This document shows positions 34,802 through 48,601 of a DNA stretch of 64,000 nucleotides, piece after piece (within the stretch, counting starts at the first letter, position 1; each line of letters starts with the position of its first letter). Position numbers and translations under genes: made by a program. Source of the DNA: Craspedostauros australis (lineage: Eukaryota); contig JALAGF010004429.1 in the NCBI GenBank assembly GCA_030167865.1, forward strand, positions 62,001 through 126,000. The letters run 5' to 3'. The notes under the pieces are model-generated. The model did not search any database, was not told the origin of the DNA, and saw nothing but the letters and a program-made list of their open reading frames with translations.

Positions 34802-36571
34802 ATGAATCAAGCTCCCCTGCCAAACACATCACATCAACACCACTCGAACAGCAGGCAGCAGCAGCAACATTTACGCCAGCAACCGCAACATCAATACAAT
34901 CAGAAGCAGCAGCGACAGCAACACCAATCAAGCTTGCAGAAATCACCACCGCCGCCGCCACCACCACCGCCCGCGTACAATCTCGAACGCACCAACGCAG
35001 CACCCATGATGAGCAAGGACAGCGCCGACGAGTCGTTGGATTACAGCTCCAATGTTGATTCAGAATCCTACTACCATGATGGAGGAGGTTCCTCCGTTAC
35101 CGGCACAGCAACGTACACCACCCATCAAAGTGACGCCACCGACACAGTCCAGGAGATGCATCTCGCTCTGCTCTACCTGCTCAGCAACTCCGAAGAATTT
35201 AAGAAAGCCCTGCATGCCCATCCACCCAAGGGTGCAACCACGCTTGCCGAATGGAATGCTGAATACGAGGATGATGACGAATCCGTCATCACCGCCGCCA
35301 CGGTCTCGACGCCGCTTCCGTTTGTTGTCTTTGCCGATGATGCGGAGGTGGTGCTGCCGCAAGCACACACGGCATCGCAACTCTTTGGAATCGAACGCGT
35401 GGAAGGCATCGAGCTAGAGGCGGCTGCTGGAATTCCCGCGCTTTCGCAACTCTTTCTGCGATGGCTTGGTAAGTCGAACCAGATCCTGTGATTGGCCAGT
35501 GCTCAATGAAGATGTGGATGCGAGTACGGTGCCAAATAATGAGTACTGTTCTGTTCGTTGTGTTCTGTTCGTTGTGTTGTGTTGTGTTGTGTTGCATCCT
35601 GCTTGATTGGATCGATTGGCGTATTGAACGACGAGCCACCAACGCGTGCCTTTGTGATCATCGTACGAGTAGCGACTACATCCACTCACTCAGTCCCTTT
35701 TTATCACTCCCAACTTTTTTGCAATGCGTATATTTCTACACAACGCGACGCCATGCCACTCCGTCCCCCGTTATCCGTCGCCCCATTTTGGTTGGCCTCA
35801 CATTGATGTACCGTCACAACAGCGCTGATGCCTGGTGGTGATCACCTGAATATTATCGACCCTCCTGGTCTGACTGTCATGAGGATCGCTGGCGGTAGGT
35901 ATCGCGTGACGGCCGCACATCGTGTGGTCTGGACATGGATGAACGAATTTGCGCCACTGTCGGAAGATGGAGGGATACTGAATTCGGACTCGCCCAACAA
36001 ACCAGATCAGCCGCCGTTGCAAGTCGGAGACTTGGTCAGCATGACGATCGTCGATGTCTTTGAAACTGACGACCAAGGCAAGCTCCTGTCGTACTGCCCA
36101 ACATTCGACAATCGGGCAGTCAACAAGACCAACCAAACGACGGAGACGATCCGCAAATCATCTCACAAATTCCTCTCCTTGCTGGGCCGCGCGCAGAAGG
36201 CCGTTGCGAAGTCGGAGGTGAACAAGGCTGCGTCGGCGCAGATAAAGAAGATGGGCATCATGCAGCACGCCAGAAATGTCGCTGAGAATGTCAAGCACAG
36301 GGTGGACGAAGCGGTGCAAAATTACAGACCCTCCCCGTCACCATCGAGGAAGGGGAACATATCGCATTCGTCGGCGTCGTCGCCGCTCGTGGTGACGGAT
36401 TCGAAAGGTTTTGAAAGGGCGATGACTGCTGCAGAAATGGCAGCAACATCGTCCGCGTCCATACAGCCAGCTGATACAGATTCAGAGCTCGGCCATGCCA
36501 AGCAGAGCAGGCCGGCAGGGTACATCAGCGATGATGACACCGGCGAGCTGGGCTCCATGGCGGAAATATAA
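34802..36571 (+). CDS. Hypothetical protein, Q/P-rich N-terminus and a globular-looking core; 2 exons (34802-35468, 35823-36571), ~471 aa
   Basis: G|gtaag donor and acag acceptor give R-W-L-A-L-M-P-G-G; the core 'VFETDDQGKLLSYCPTFDNRAV' looks protein-like. Confidence 0.75.
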
Positions 36572-37308
36572 TTCAACGCTCTACGTACCTGTTATCGCAC
36601 AGGCGAAGGCAAGGCAAAACAAGGGTTGGAAGCGCGTGCGGGCGCGGACATCAGCATTGGCAATGATACCGACAGTGACACTGGCATCATTCGCAGCGAG
36701 GGGCGGATAGATGCAGGATTGCAAGCACCAATACGATCCTCTCGCCGACCATGCCAAGTACAAGTGTGCCGACTCCATCAGCCTCCAACCAACGTCTCCT
36801 GCCAGCGTCTCCTGCGACTCGTGATGTGACTCTTGCTGCTGGAAAAAAAGAACCGTGGAACTGGTCAATTGTGGATATCAAACAACGGCAGCAGCAACAT
36901 TCCATGGATACTAATAGTACTAGTAACGTGTATTACTCGAATCTACATTCTATCCTACCGCGATGTGATGCGGTCCTCCCGTCTACTTGTGATTTCGACG
37001 AATTGATACGACACTATGCGGCCTACCCCACTACATTTGCCGCGCCACAGCCGTGTTGTCGGGTTCGAACTGAGCGCACTCCGGCGTGGAAGGTTGCGAC
37101 GCAACCAACAACGTGAAAAACATATCATGTGTACGTACGACTCCCGAGCACGCAGTAATCTCTTTGCGGCATTGGGAGAGAATCGGAAAAGTCTCACACG
37201 ATGAGAGAAATTGATTGGCGGCACGGCATGCCATCTCGACCAAACGTAAATGCCAATAAATTCACCGGATCAGAACGATTCGCAGGACGTACTGCTCAAT
37301 AGTTTGCT

Positions 37309-40300
37309 TTATTGCGGGAGGAGATTGCCTCCAGGTGGATTCAAGATGGCCGCCGTGGACGGTGTCTCCGAAACCGGGACGTCGTCTCTGTCCAAGTCGT
37401 CATCGTGCCCGAAAGTGTCATGGCCTCCTTCCACCGATGCCATTGGCGACGATATTGTTCGGGAACCAGTGCTGCCGTCATCCATCATGGCGTCCGCGCT
37501 GCCTGCTTGATCCGTGTTATGGCTGGAGACCTCACAGGGATCGGATACTGGATCGACGGGATCTTGCAACGTGCTGGCGTCAGGGATCGGTTCGAAGATC
37601 ATGTCCTGGCCGACTGGGACATCCTTCCGTCTGTAGTACAGCACGTAAGCAGCGGGCGATACCACCTCATTCTCGCTGATGTCTTTCTTCAGCCTGCTGT
37701 CATCGTAGTGGCACCAGGTACCATCGTCGCTCAAAGTGCATGCCGTGTAATGCCCGCCACCGAGACCGCCGTAGTGATTGCTCACGGCGTAGCAGTCGTA
37801 GACGGGTTCCTCCCCATCATTGTAGCGGGAGAACATCTTCGAGAGATCGAGACCAGTCAACGGAAAGTTGATCAAGGCGTCGATCTTTTTGCGTCGGTGC
37901 GAGTGCGCCGAAAAGTGGAATCGCTTCAGGTGAATGATCAGGATGGGCGGGGCACGGTACAGATGGAACTGTTTCCACGCGCGCACATGCTTCTTGCACT
38001 TGCTGCAGTACCACATCTCCGTATCTTCCAGCTGTTCCATCTGGCAGTACTTTTGGATGCAATCCTCAACGGAGATCGTCTTGTTCCTTTTCGGTGCATT
38101 GGCATCGGCGTCCTTTTCACCTTCCGCGTTGATGCGTTCTGGGTCGATGTCGTCCATTTCGTCTTTGGTATCGAACTCCTCGTGATTGAAACACTCATCG
38201 AATAACTCCGGCGGCCAATCCATGGCGACGTCACCATGATCACGAACCATCTCGCAGACCGTCGCCTTCTCAAGGTCGTTTGTGGGGACTGCAAATGAAC
38301 TGGCGCTTTTGGTCGATTCGTCTTTCTCCGTTGCATCATCCTTGCCGACCATACCAAGCTGCCACGGTGTCGAGTGCGTCATGTGAATTCCTTTCCGACT
38401 GTAGCTAAGTGGCAGCTTTCTCATCACGGTGAGGCTCAGAGAATCGGAGAACAGATCGCCACCACGGTGTCCGTTCATCAGCGAGTTGCTGCTGTCCGCG
38501 GGTATGCCGGTGCCGGTGCCAGGAGCGGCCGCTGCATCGAGCTCCTCCTTGTTGGAAATATGCCGCTCGAAGCGCTTCGATAGCGCCTTTCGCAGCTGGA
38601 ACACCGTCATGTTCGAAGGGACTCGCATCATCAGGGGATGGCAGACGGAACTGTACCTTGACGACATGGCATGCGTATGCGAGGTTTTCTTGATGTTGAT
38701 GTGGATCACCGCTCCATCCTGGTGATTCCCGACTCTATTTTTCTGCGATTCCAGAATGAAACGACGTAGTCGGTTGCAGCATAGCTCCAGCATGGCGACA
38801 TCGCGTCTGCTGTCGACCCTGCAGAATACTTTCGATGTTTCGCATCTCTCCCTCAAGCAATCCAGCTTTTCGTCCAAAAAGTCTGCGTCGTCGCCGTGGG
38901 GAGACAGACTGCTGATGCTGCTCGTGGTGCTTGAGGTGGAGGTGCCACCTTGCCGAGATCGCTTTGGTCGCTTGTTCTCCTCTTCGTACATTTCCACATC
39001 ATTGATGCAGCTGTCAAGGAATCTTCCCAACCGCCGATGGAACATGACTTGGGCTTCCACATTCCTGACTGTTTCATCGAAATGGTTTGTCAGCGTATCC
39101 TTGTCCTGCACATACTTTTCCAGCTCGAATTGCCACTCCTTGGTGAAGGTCATGTTGCGCATGGTCGCAATATCCAGCTTGTACCGTGCCGAACGAGACT
39201 CCTGTTCTTTCCATTTGAGGACCTCGGCGCTCTGCTCTGCTGTCGCTTTCTTGGCAGCCTCTTCCGAAATTCTCCGGATCTCCTCCAACGGTTCAAGCTG
39301 GAAGACGAAGACCGTATCGGTATCTTTGATGGCGTCGATATGGTCTGTCGGTTTCCATGTGCTGTAGATCTCGTTGTGGAAGACGTCCGACGCCATCAAA
39401 TCGTCGATGCTGAGATCCTCAGCGCAAGCGCCAATGCGCACGACTTCTGCTGCAACCATTTTGAGGAGTACCTTCATGGTCGCATTCTTGTTGAGCGTGA
39501 TGGAGAGATCGAACATGCGGCGGTCAGGGTCGAGCGGCACGAACGTTAGGTCGATTGTCATGTTGGTGGTACCCGGAATCGGGACGCCCAGGTACATGAA
39601 GGGGTCGAACGTCGTTGAAACGCGGTTGCATCCCTCCTCGCAGCACTGGACGCGGCTCTTCACTTGGCCCATGAAGTTTTCCAGCACCTTGCTATCCTCG
39701 CGCTTGAGGTGCAAACTCCACGCCTTGGCGGCCGCTTCATCGTCGGATTCATCCTCGCCCTGCTCTGGCTTTTCGATGTACGGCTTCTTCGTCACCTTGT
39801 TGGTGTCTTCGTGAAGCGCATCGAGGAGGTACGTGGCGAGCTCCTGCGAATCGTGCTGGTCATACCCCATGAATTGCTCCGCATGACGTCCGAGTGTCTC
39901 CTTGAAGTTGCGTGGGTACACGGCTCCGCCGCCGTTGGAATTGGAGTAGTCGAAGGACGTTCCCATGACGTTGCGCCGTTTAGATGGCACGCCCCACATG
40001 TTCGATAGCAGCTTCGCAAACTGAATGGCGAGCTCTCCGCCAGTTCCCAACGGGTTGTCACGATTGAGCTCGTTGCGGTACTCGCCCGACAGAAAGTATT
40101 GTCGCAAGGGTTCAGTGTGGGCCAGGCATTGGAGGGAGGAATTCATGAAGCATGTGTTGCCCAGATTGCCCAAACCAGATGCGAAACGCTTTCGCCCGGC
40201 CGATTGAGTTGGGCTCTTCTCCTCGCTGTTTTGGCTCTTCGTGCTCTCCGCGTCCATGTCGTCTCCATTCATTGTGTTCTTTCGTGACGCCACTGCTGCC

Positions 40301-41158
40301 GCAGCAGCCGCAACTGCGTTTGCCGATGTCGAGGGTGGCAGCAAGAGCAGCGGTTCGCCATCAGATGGAGGATTAGCAGGGCCATGGTTGGATTGTTTGA
40401 CGTCGTCGTCGTCGTCATCATCATCTTCGTTGTTGGTATTGCTTGGCTCCCACCGGATTATCTGCGTTGAAACGGGATCAAAATGGTGTTGAAATTGGTG
40501 TTGGAACGGAGTAGAATTGAGCATAGTAGCAGAAGACGGAGACAAGCAGTGCGTAAGTATTCGCATTCGTCGATCGTGGCATGCAAGCTCGATCGTCGGG
40601 CACACGAAAAGCTGACGACGAAACGACATCGTCGCCATATCCGTTGCCGCCATTGTCAGTCCACGCCGCTGTGAACAAAGCAACGGTAAAGCACGAGGAT
40701 GGCAACAGACGTCAAATGCAACTCACTGTGATGTTCAAATCACCACTTTCCGCACCGGTGCTGTCATCGTCAACATTTGCCAGCGCTTCGGCAGCACCTC
40801 GAGTTGAGTCAGAGGACGCGTTCGTGTCGTTCAACATCGTCTCGAACTTGAATCTTCCGGCCTGCGGGATCAGCTCGAAGGTCTTGCCATCGGGATTTGC
40901 TTTGGTATCGTAGAGCCGAACTGCAATATCGACAGAATGTGACGAGAGGAAGTAGCACGGTCTCTCGAAGACATGCTGGCTGCCGCCTTCGTCCGGCTCC
41001 GTGGTGAAGTGTTCATTGATGACCTTCCACGAGTTTTGACCCAAAATGAAGAAGTCCTTTCCGTGGACCAATCCAGGTTTCATAGATGGAGCGAAGGATG
41101 AGTCTGTTTTGGCTTCTGCCGAACCATCTTTGTGTTCGCTGTCATCAACAACATCGTT

Positions 41159-41189
<31 letters not shown>

Positions 41190-42098
41190 TCGTTGTCGTT
41201 GTCGTTGCCGTCACTTTCGCCATTGCTACCAGCAGCAACATCATGTCTCAATTCGTGCGTCGGAATGGTGCCAATTTGTTCGAACCAAGCAGCAGCTGAT
41301 GATGATGCAAGTGCGGAGTCGCTCATGGTTGCACCGGATCTGTCAGTGAGCATCGGGTATGCCTTGACAAACCAGGCGGCTGGGACGCAGTAAAACTTCA
41401 AATCCTTCAGGTCATCATCGCTTTTGGATGACATTGCATTCATGACGTTCCTTGTGTCTTCATCCTGTTATTGGGAAGGTTGCGACGTGGTACGTAGTTG
41501 TGGCGACGCATGGCGATGCATGTCGCAGTGAAGACGGAGCGGCATCGATTGGAATATTGGAGATTGTGGTAAGGAAGAGTTGGAGGAGATAGGTGTGTTT
41601 GTGTGTTAGTTATCATCAAATGGCGGCACTGTTGGCATTCTGCTGCTCTTTCCATGTTGGTAAACACGAGCTCGGGCGCAGCAGCCGGACAAAGGAATGC
41701 CTCCAACCACAGAAGGGACCAAAGGGCGCACTCAGTGAAGCCTCCAATGGAAAACAACATTGACGGCAAGAATAGTATAATGCCATATTCTCCACTACTC
41801 CAGCCATGCTTCGAATGCATCAAGAAGGATGCCCATGATCGTAGAGCTGAGACTGTGCTCAATTGGGAGTGTTCGGTAGTAGAAGCAGCCACGGCATGGC
41901 ATCGCATGCTATCCTTCGTGCACTTACGTTGGCCGCCAGGAATTGTTGGGTGATCTGTCCTGGATAGATGATGTTCGCCTCATCCTGAACGTCCATTTGT
42001 TCGTTGGCATGAGCGTGGCCGTTCATGGTCACGTTGGATGCGGTTCCATTCTCACCGCCGTCCAAGCCGTACTTCTCGGCCGCTTTCTGGTCCACCAT
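37309..42098 (-). CDS. Ubiquitin-specific protease, USP4/11/15-like, with DUSP-like domain; 3 exons (42098-41928, 41464-40727, 40461-37309), ~1353 aa
   Basis: Cys box 'GLGNLGNTCFMNSSLQCL', 'QHDSQE', 'WYCSKCK', 'LIIHLKRF', His box 'NHYGGLGGGHYTA', 'YVLYYRR'; DUSP-like 'VPAAWF...LVHGKDFFIL'. Both introns are phase-0 GT-AG. Confidence 0.9.
41157..41210 (-). repeat. Hexanucleotide repeat encoding (ND)n(NG)n inside the USP gene
   Basis: Tandem ttgtcg/ttgccg units. Confidence 0.8.
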
Positions 42099-43040
42099 GG
42101 TCCTCCTTCGCTTGTTGCGCACGTTCGATGGTGCGCTAATATTTGTGCTTGTGCTTGTGGTATTGTGGAGTGTGATAGTGTCTTCGCTCTGCCTATCCGC
42201 ATTACTCGTGTTACGCTGCTGTGAGGAAGGGATGGTTGCTGATGGATCACAGCTCCAATCGCGGGAGAGGTGGAGTGGGCTGCCTGTTGGGGAGCGTCTG
42301 TGCTCGTCGCAACGCCGACCCGTCGCTCTGTGCCCTTCTTTCGTCTTCGTTGCGGGCTCTTGTTCAGCTATCTCCTGATTCTTGGTTCCTCTCTGTTTCT
42401 TGGTCTCTCTGTGGAGGCCTCCCTCTTTGCCGTGCGTGCCCATGTGCCTCCTGGTGGGAAGATGTTGTCGTTTCGACGGTGACATGTGTGACGAAATCAT
42501 TGGAGGCATCGGTGACTGCTCCAACTGGCATTTTGGTGGCCTTCGCCGTTTCTGAGCGTTTCTTCGTGTTGTGCACGTGAAGCCAATCTTGGTAGTAGCA
42601 CGGCACGAAGGACAGACGCAGCAATGTCCAAACGTGTGTGTCACGAAAGTCTCCACACCAGAACGAGTTATGGTACCATGCTCCACCAAGACTAGAGAGA
42701 TCCAGTGAGAGCTCCAGAGAGCAGTTCATGCAATGGAGAGTACCATGCTCTCTCTCTCCAGAGAGCGTACAGAGGGCGATGGAAATGTTCATAGTGCTGG
42801 TAATTGTTGGAGTTGTGGTTCTTCCATTCAGAGAGAGAGAGAGAGAGAGGCGCACAAAATCTTGTGGAGAGCATGAACCGATTCTATTGCATTCCATATC
42901 CCAAAGGATCTCATACTCGTGTGCACCGACACAGAAATGTATCCAGCTCAAGCGTATGACGCAAGCAGAATGACGAAACGAAACGAAGGAGCGCATTGTA
43001 TCACTCTAGTCTTGGTGGAGCATGATATTTAATTCCTTTC

Positions 43041-44551
43041 CTATTGTTGCTGGTAGCCATTCCCGTACTGTTGTTGTTGCTGCTGCTGCTGCTGTTGGTA
43101 CGATTGGTCTTGGGCGTTCCATCCAACGTTTTGGTAGCTTGTGTCCATACCGTCGTTCATATCCTGCATGTATTGCGATTGGTATTGATTCGGATCCGTC
43201 ATTGCTGGTGACACGGAAGGCTGCGTTCGCGCAGCACCAGCGCTTGGATCTTCGCCTGATGGCGTTGATCCGTACGTTTTATCCATCATGCTTCCAGATG
43301 TCTTCATCACAGCACTTTCCCTGGAGATGGTTCAGAGGAGGATAATGCCGTATTTAAGGGAACGCGCAGCGTAGTGCATATATGCATGGTTGCATGATGT
43401 AGTGTCGAGATGCGGAGATGAGAGGATCGTGGGAAGTTGCATACGTGGTGAGGACGTCGACGGTGGTTAGACAAGCATCGTTGCGATCATGATCATGAAG
43501 CAGAACGATTGCGCACTCCACGGTCTATCGAGAGGCACGACTTTGTACTTCACTCTTCACAATCCACAACAACATTGCGATGAATGAATCAACGACCTCT
43601 CTTGCACTGCTCTGGTGCCTTTCGGATCGCCCCTGGTGAAATGGTGCAAGGTGCAAAGCGCAAGGCAATGCCCGCAACCCATTGATGGCATGAAGCATAA
43701 TCTTACCAATTCAGCCGGGTGCATGCCTGGCATTGGATGAGGAAGAAGACGGAGTGTATGACGTTGGCAATGTAGAGCTCTCGAGGCACATACTTGGATG
43801 GCGCAATCGTCAATCGGAGGAAGTACCAGACGATGAGCAAAGCCTCCAGGAGCTTGTTGAGGTTGAGGATGGCCTTCAATCGCTTCTTGGTCGAGTGCTG
43901 CGGCGATGACAACGAAACTGCGACGCCGACCAAGTTGGAGAGAAAGAGGAAGACCAACGGCACGACCGCGAAGACTCGCAGCTGGCCCTTGAAGACTTGA
44001 TCGGCAATCTCGTAGAAGTGGATGTCGCGCCACATCATGATGAAGAAAATGAGGGCTCGACCACCCTTCCCCAACGACGCCATCAGCTTAAGTCTGCCCT
44101 GCTCGTCACGTGGATTCAGGGTGTCTTCCTGTGTCATGGATTGGCTCTTCTCCATCTGAGCAGTTCGCCATGCCTCCACGCGATCCTGAACAGTGTCTCG
44201 CGGTTCGAAGGTCGTCGTGTCAGGCACCGCAGGTGCTGCGCCCATCGGCGACGAATACCCAGCCTGAGTTTCGTAGTAGTTGATGCCTTCATCGTAGTTG
44301 GGATAATTGTTGGGATCGGTCGATTGTCCTCCACGCATCTCCATCAACGATGATAGCGTCTGCGTCTTGCTGCGGACGCGAGCCGAATCGAACGCACCAA
44401 GCTTGCGCAAGTAACCCGCATCTGCGGATTTGATTTGTGATGTGCTTCTGGCACCAGAGAAAGTGTTTGCTTCAACAGCATCGATGGAATTGGTTATGAT
44501 CGCAAGGATCACCGCCATGGCAATACCTGCCTGTCGCGTAGAACCAGCCAT
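43041..44551 (-). CDS. Signal-peptide, multi-pass membrane hypothetical protein with Q/Y-rich tail; 2 exons (44551-43707, 43320-43041), ~374 aa
   Basis: Signal peptide, MRGG motif, about 4 hydrophobic helices; TG|gtaag donor and ccag|G acceptor give N-W-E-S-A-V-M in frame. Confidence 0.8.
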
Positions 44552-45788
44552 GATCCCTGCTCCCGACGCTTGTCTTGTTGCTTTCCGCGATGTCTCTCTT
44601 GATGCAGTTGACGATGTCCCTGTTGATGTTGCTCGGAACTTGATATGCACCCGATAAACGCTTCCAAGATGTCCTTGTCGTTTATGATGCAGTTGCAAGG
44701 GCATCCAAAGAAGGCACAGCTCTCTTACTCTGCCAATATAGCCGAATTGAAGAGCTGACCAGTGTTCACGCAATGCTTGGTCCTTGACCCTCTTGTCTTG
44801 CTTTGTGGCTGCACTGTGTCGTTCTTTCGCTCAGATCCACGATCGTGTGCTCTCGTTTTCGTTCTCCTTGTGTCTGATCGGATCCAAAAAGAGATGCGAA
44901 TCGAAACACTGCTCTCTCTCTGCAGAATCCTTTCTTGGGCAGATTTTCCAGGTGTCGAAATTCATCAATCACGATTTCCACACTGACGGACGGCAAGACC
45001 ATCGAATTGTATTTGCGTGTCTGCAAGTAAGGGTGTGCCGTGGCCGTTGCAATCAGCAACGCTTCAGTCTCCGGATTCAAACGCGACACATCACGAAACA
45101 ACGCGACACGACACGACACGACACAATTTGGTGTGAAATGAATCAGTGTCTCACGACCACAAAAACAACTCAAATTTCACGTGACAGCCAAAGCGAAGAA
45201 AAGGAGTCGTTGGTTGCGAAGCTTGCGAGGTTGTTCGTCGAGAGCATCACCACACCTCTTCGTTGTTGTTCCTCCTCCTTGTCGCGATTGTTCCTGTCTC
45301 TGTGGCTGCCCTTGTTTTGGTCATCACAACTGCAGCTCTTGTCTTCCAGAGCACAGCCACCGTGGCCTTCCTTGTCTATTGTGCTGTGGCGGAGGATATA
45401 AGCAGTGACATCGACAACGTCGACATCAGCTGTCGCAGCAACAGCAGCACGCCTCCCGCGAGAGACAAGACGGCCTTACCAACAGTGAGCTTGACATCTC
45501 GCATCGACTGTTCTCGGAGAGTGGTTGTCAACGGGCACATCATCCACATACGATTACGATTCCGGGCACGATTACGAACACGAGTACAAGTACGATCGCG
45601 TTGTTGCGACATCGGCAGCCTCTTGGCACAGGCGTTCGATCGAAGACTTCGTGCAGACTTGTAGGCACATACGTATGCACACACACGCACACACACATAC
45701 TAGTACCTACTCTACACAGGCGCACATCAACGAACAGCCACCAAGACTGTGCTGTCTGTGATCCACGTGCGCGAGTGCAAAGACGAGC

Positions 45789-47828
45789 ATGAGCATGGGC
45801 CGAGGCAGTACGGATGCTGGCGTTTCGATTCTGGGACAGCGAAGCCCCCTTTCGGGATTGGGAGATGCTCTGGCGCAGGTTGAGGACACAGTAGCAACAG
45901 CAACAACAGCAGCAGCAGCAACAACAACAGGGATGGCTGCTACCAGAGGCGGCGAAGCCATCAGTCATGATGGACACCGGCAGGGCCAACCACGCTCAAC
46001 CCCCATCGCCATCATCAGAGACGGCAGTGACGCCTTCGACAGTGATCAGGAAGATGAGGATAAACGCAGGGCATACGGTACACGCGGAAACGGGACGAGT
46101 GCGGCTGCTGGTATGGCTACCAGCCCGGCCACAAGGACGGACGACACCGCTGGTATCGGGGGAGACATGGACAACGGCATCGGCAATGGAACTGGTGCGA
46201 TGGGAGGCGTGTGGAGTGGCTCAAGGTCTCTGAGCATGCTCAATGCACCGTATTTGGGATCTATGCGGCAAACAGAGGCCTACATGGCCCACCATGACAT
46301 TCCTCCTATGAGCCTCTCCATCGATGCAACCGACCCTCCCGCGTTCTCAATGCCATCCAACGGTAACCATGGAACCGGTGCCCTCAACGGCAACGGCCAT
46401 GGCAGTCAAAGTGCATCCGCAGGAATTGTAGATGGAGGGCGCAACTCCAGCGTCAGAATAGAGTACGGGTCGCTTGTGGAATCTCATCAGCAAGGACGCT
46501 TCCTTGATGGGCCTGCCAGCTATCGCGATCCATTTTCGGGACAGGTGCGGCGGCTAGAGAAACGGACGCAATTCATCCATGGGTCGCTGCCCGCCGATCG
46601 CACCTCGCTGCACGACCGGATCCAGGAGTCCACCAAACGTATCAAGGACCGCAAACAGAAGAAGCAGGAAAATGTCGCCACGAAAAACAACGACGGCAAA
46701 AGTCAAAACGGGAAGGACCAATCTTCTGGTCTCTCTTCCGGGTTGTCTGCCATGATGAAAGAGGCGAGCAATTCGAATGGCGATGCAACACAAACCAGTA
46801 GCACACAGACAACACCGAGGGCCGGTCCTTCACAACCAGGTATTGCAAGCCAGCACTTCTCGCCGGCACAGTCAAGCCTTGGGATGGCACATAGTACCAC
46901 CTTTGGCCCGACCTACAGCCAAGCAATGCAGAGCATGGATGGCATGCTTTCCACCTCGCTCACGGCGTTCGAAATGCTGCAGGAGGCCAGAAAGAATGAG
47001 ATTACTGCATTCGCACTCCACAACAGCGCAATGTCATTGGCGTCACACTCGCCGTTGGCTGTGCCATCATCATTGTTGCCACCTAACGCGCAGTCTTTGT
47101 TTGGTTCACAGACCACCTTCCAGCCCCTCTCGCGCTCACTATCCGACCCAACGGCACAGATGCGCCCCACGACTGCTCTCATGGCGATGAGCCCAACTCT
47201 GGTACCGTCTGCTGCATCACAAGCTACTGTAGCGAACGCCGCACAGCCCAAAACCGTCGCTGCGACTGCAACGCAGCAGCATCAACAACAACCGCAGACA
47301 ACTTGCAAGACGCAGGATAGCAAGATCGGATCGGTGGCAGCACTCAATTCACGTCACCCTCAGCCACTACCCATGCCACTGCCGCCGCCACGACAACAGC
47401 AAATACAGCAACAGCAGCAGAGCCACGCACCAGCGAATCGCGAGGGAGGCGTCTTTGGCAACATCTACACAAACGATTCGCCCCACAGTCTTGTGCCTTT
47501 GGAATCAATTTCACAGATGACACCACCAGCTCAATTCGACACAATCCCAAGCCAGCCGCAGCCACAGCAGCATCGACGACGCCACCAACCGCACCAACAC
47601 CGGCGACAGCCGCGCACGCAGATGCGACAGCCAACACAGGGTATGACTCCTATCAGCAATCCCCCCAGAAGAGCCTTTGATGTCAGCCCGGATCATCCCG
47701 CTCTTCCAGCAACAACGCGGAGCGGCGATGCTGTGGTTGGACCAGCAGGCAACGATGCCCGACAACGATCATCATTTGGCCACACCGCACCTGACGGAGA
47801 AGAGCACTTCGATTTGGAAATAGAGTGA
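45789..47828 (+). CDS. Intrinsically disordered hypothetical protein, 679 aa
   Basis: 2-kb uninterrupted ORF, S/Q/P/G-rich, with short motifs such as 'APYLGSM', 'YGSLVES', 'SRSLSDP' and terminal 'FDLEIE'; 5' end uncertain. Confidence 0.7.
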   Translation: MSMGRGSTDAGVSILGQRSPLSGLGDALAQVEDTVATATTAAAATTTGMAATRGGEAISHDGHRQGQPRSTPIAIIRDGSDAFDSDQEDEDKRRAYGTRGNGTSAAAGMATSPATRTDDTAGIGGDMDNGIGNGTGAMGGVWSGSRSLSMLNAPYLGSMRQTEAYMAHHDIPPMSLSIDATDPPAFSMPSNGNHGTGALNGNGHGSQSASAGIVDGGRNSSVRIEYGSLVESHQQGRFLDGPASYRDPFSGQVRRLEKRTQFIHGSLPADRTSLHDRIQESTKRIKDRKQKKQENVATKNNDGKSQNGKDQSSGLSSGLSAMMKEASNSNGDATQTSSTQTTPRAGPSQPGIASQHFSPAQSSLGMAHSTTFGPTYSQAMQSMDGMLSTSLTAFEMLQEARKNEITAFALHNSAMSLASHSPLAVPSSLLPPNAQSLFGSQTTFQPLSRSLSDPTAQMRPTTALMAMSPTLVPSAASQATVANAAQPKTVAATATQQHQQQPQTTCKTQDSKIGSVAALNSRHPQPLPMPLPPPRQQQIQQQQQSHAPANREGGVFGNIYTNDSPHSLVPLESISQMTPPAQFDTIPSQPQPQQHRRRHQPHQHRRQPRTQMRQPTQGMTPISNPPRRAFDVSPDHPALPATTRSGDAVVGPAGNDARQRSSFGHTAPDGEEHFDLEIE

Positions 47829-48601
47829 TCAGTGGGATGGACGGGGTTGTCCGGCATGCAACCAAACTAGAGAGACTCGGTGCGATTCCAACCTGCTGGT
47901 TGTGTTCCATTATGCTTCCCTCGGAACAAACAGCTCGTATGTACCATGCACTCGCATCGGTGGCACCATCCCAGCCAATATTCTATTTGCGGCTACAATC
48001 TGCACCTACAATCATCACACTCATACGACTAGAGACACTCCGGGCAGTCAACCATGCTCTAACACCATACAATAGAAACGAAAGCAATCAGATGAACAAT
48101 GCTTTTTTATACATCATGCACCACTGCTGCTGGACGAAAACGCAGGCAGCGGTGACATGTCCATAGCTTCGAAACGACGGATTGATACGTTTGCTTTGAT
48201 TGCCTTGTGTTTGCTCGATTGCCCATGCCCGTCGATCCTCGCTGGAGGCCACGGTGATAATCCATTCTGATTGTACCACAGCTTTCCACAATCTGTGTAC
48301 TTCGGATGGATGGATGGATAGATACGCGACATACTCGTTGCCCATGCCTTGATGTCTGTGGCTTTCTCGTTGGTGGTGAAGAAGGGCGGTGCACAGATCG
48401 CAGTTCGAAACGTGCGTGAAGCGAGCTTCTTGGTACTCGTACCATGCACAGCACTCATATGTTGTGAGAGTAGCCGAGTGATCCCAGCACATGCAACCAT
48501 GTGTACTGCATTCATATCAAAGGCATTGGCATTCGTGTGATGCACGCGTGGGAAGCCGCGTACTTGCCGATAGTTCTCGCGCATCATGAGACGCAGCCTG
48601 A

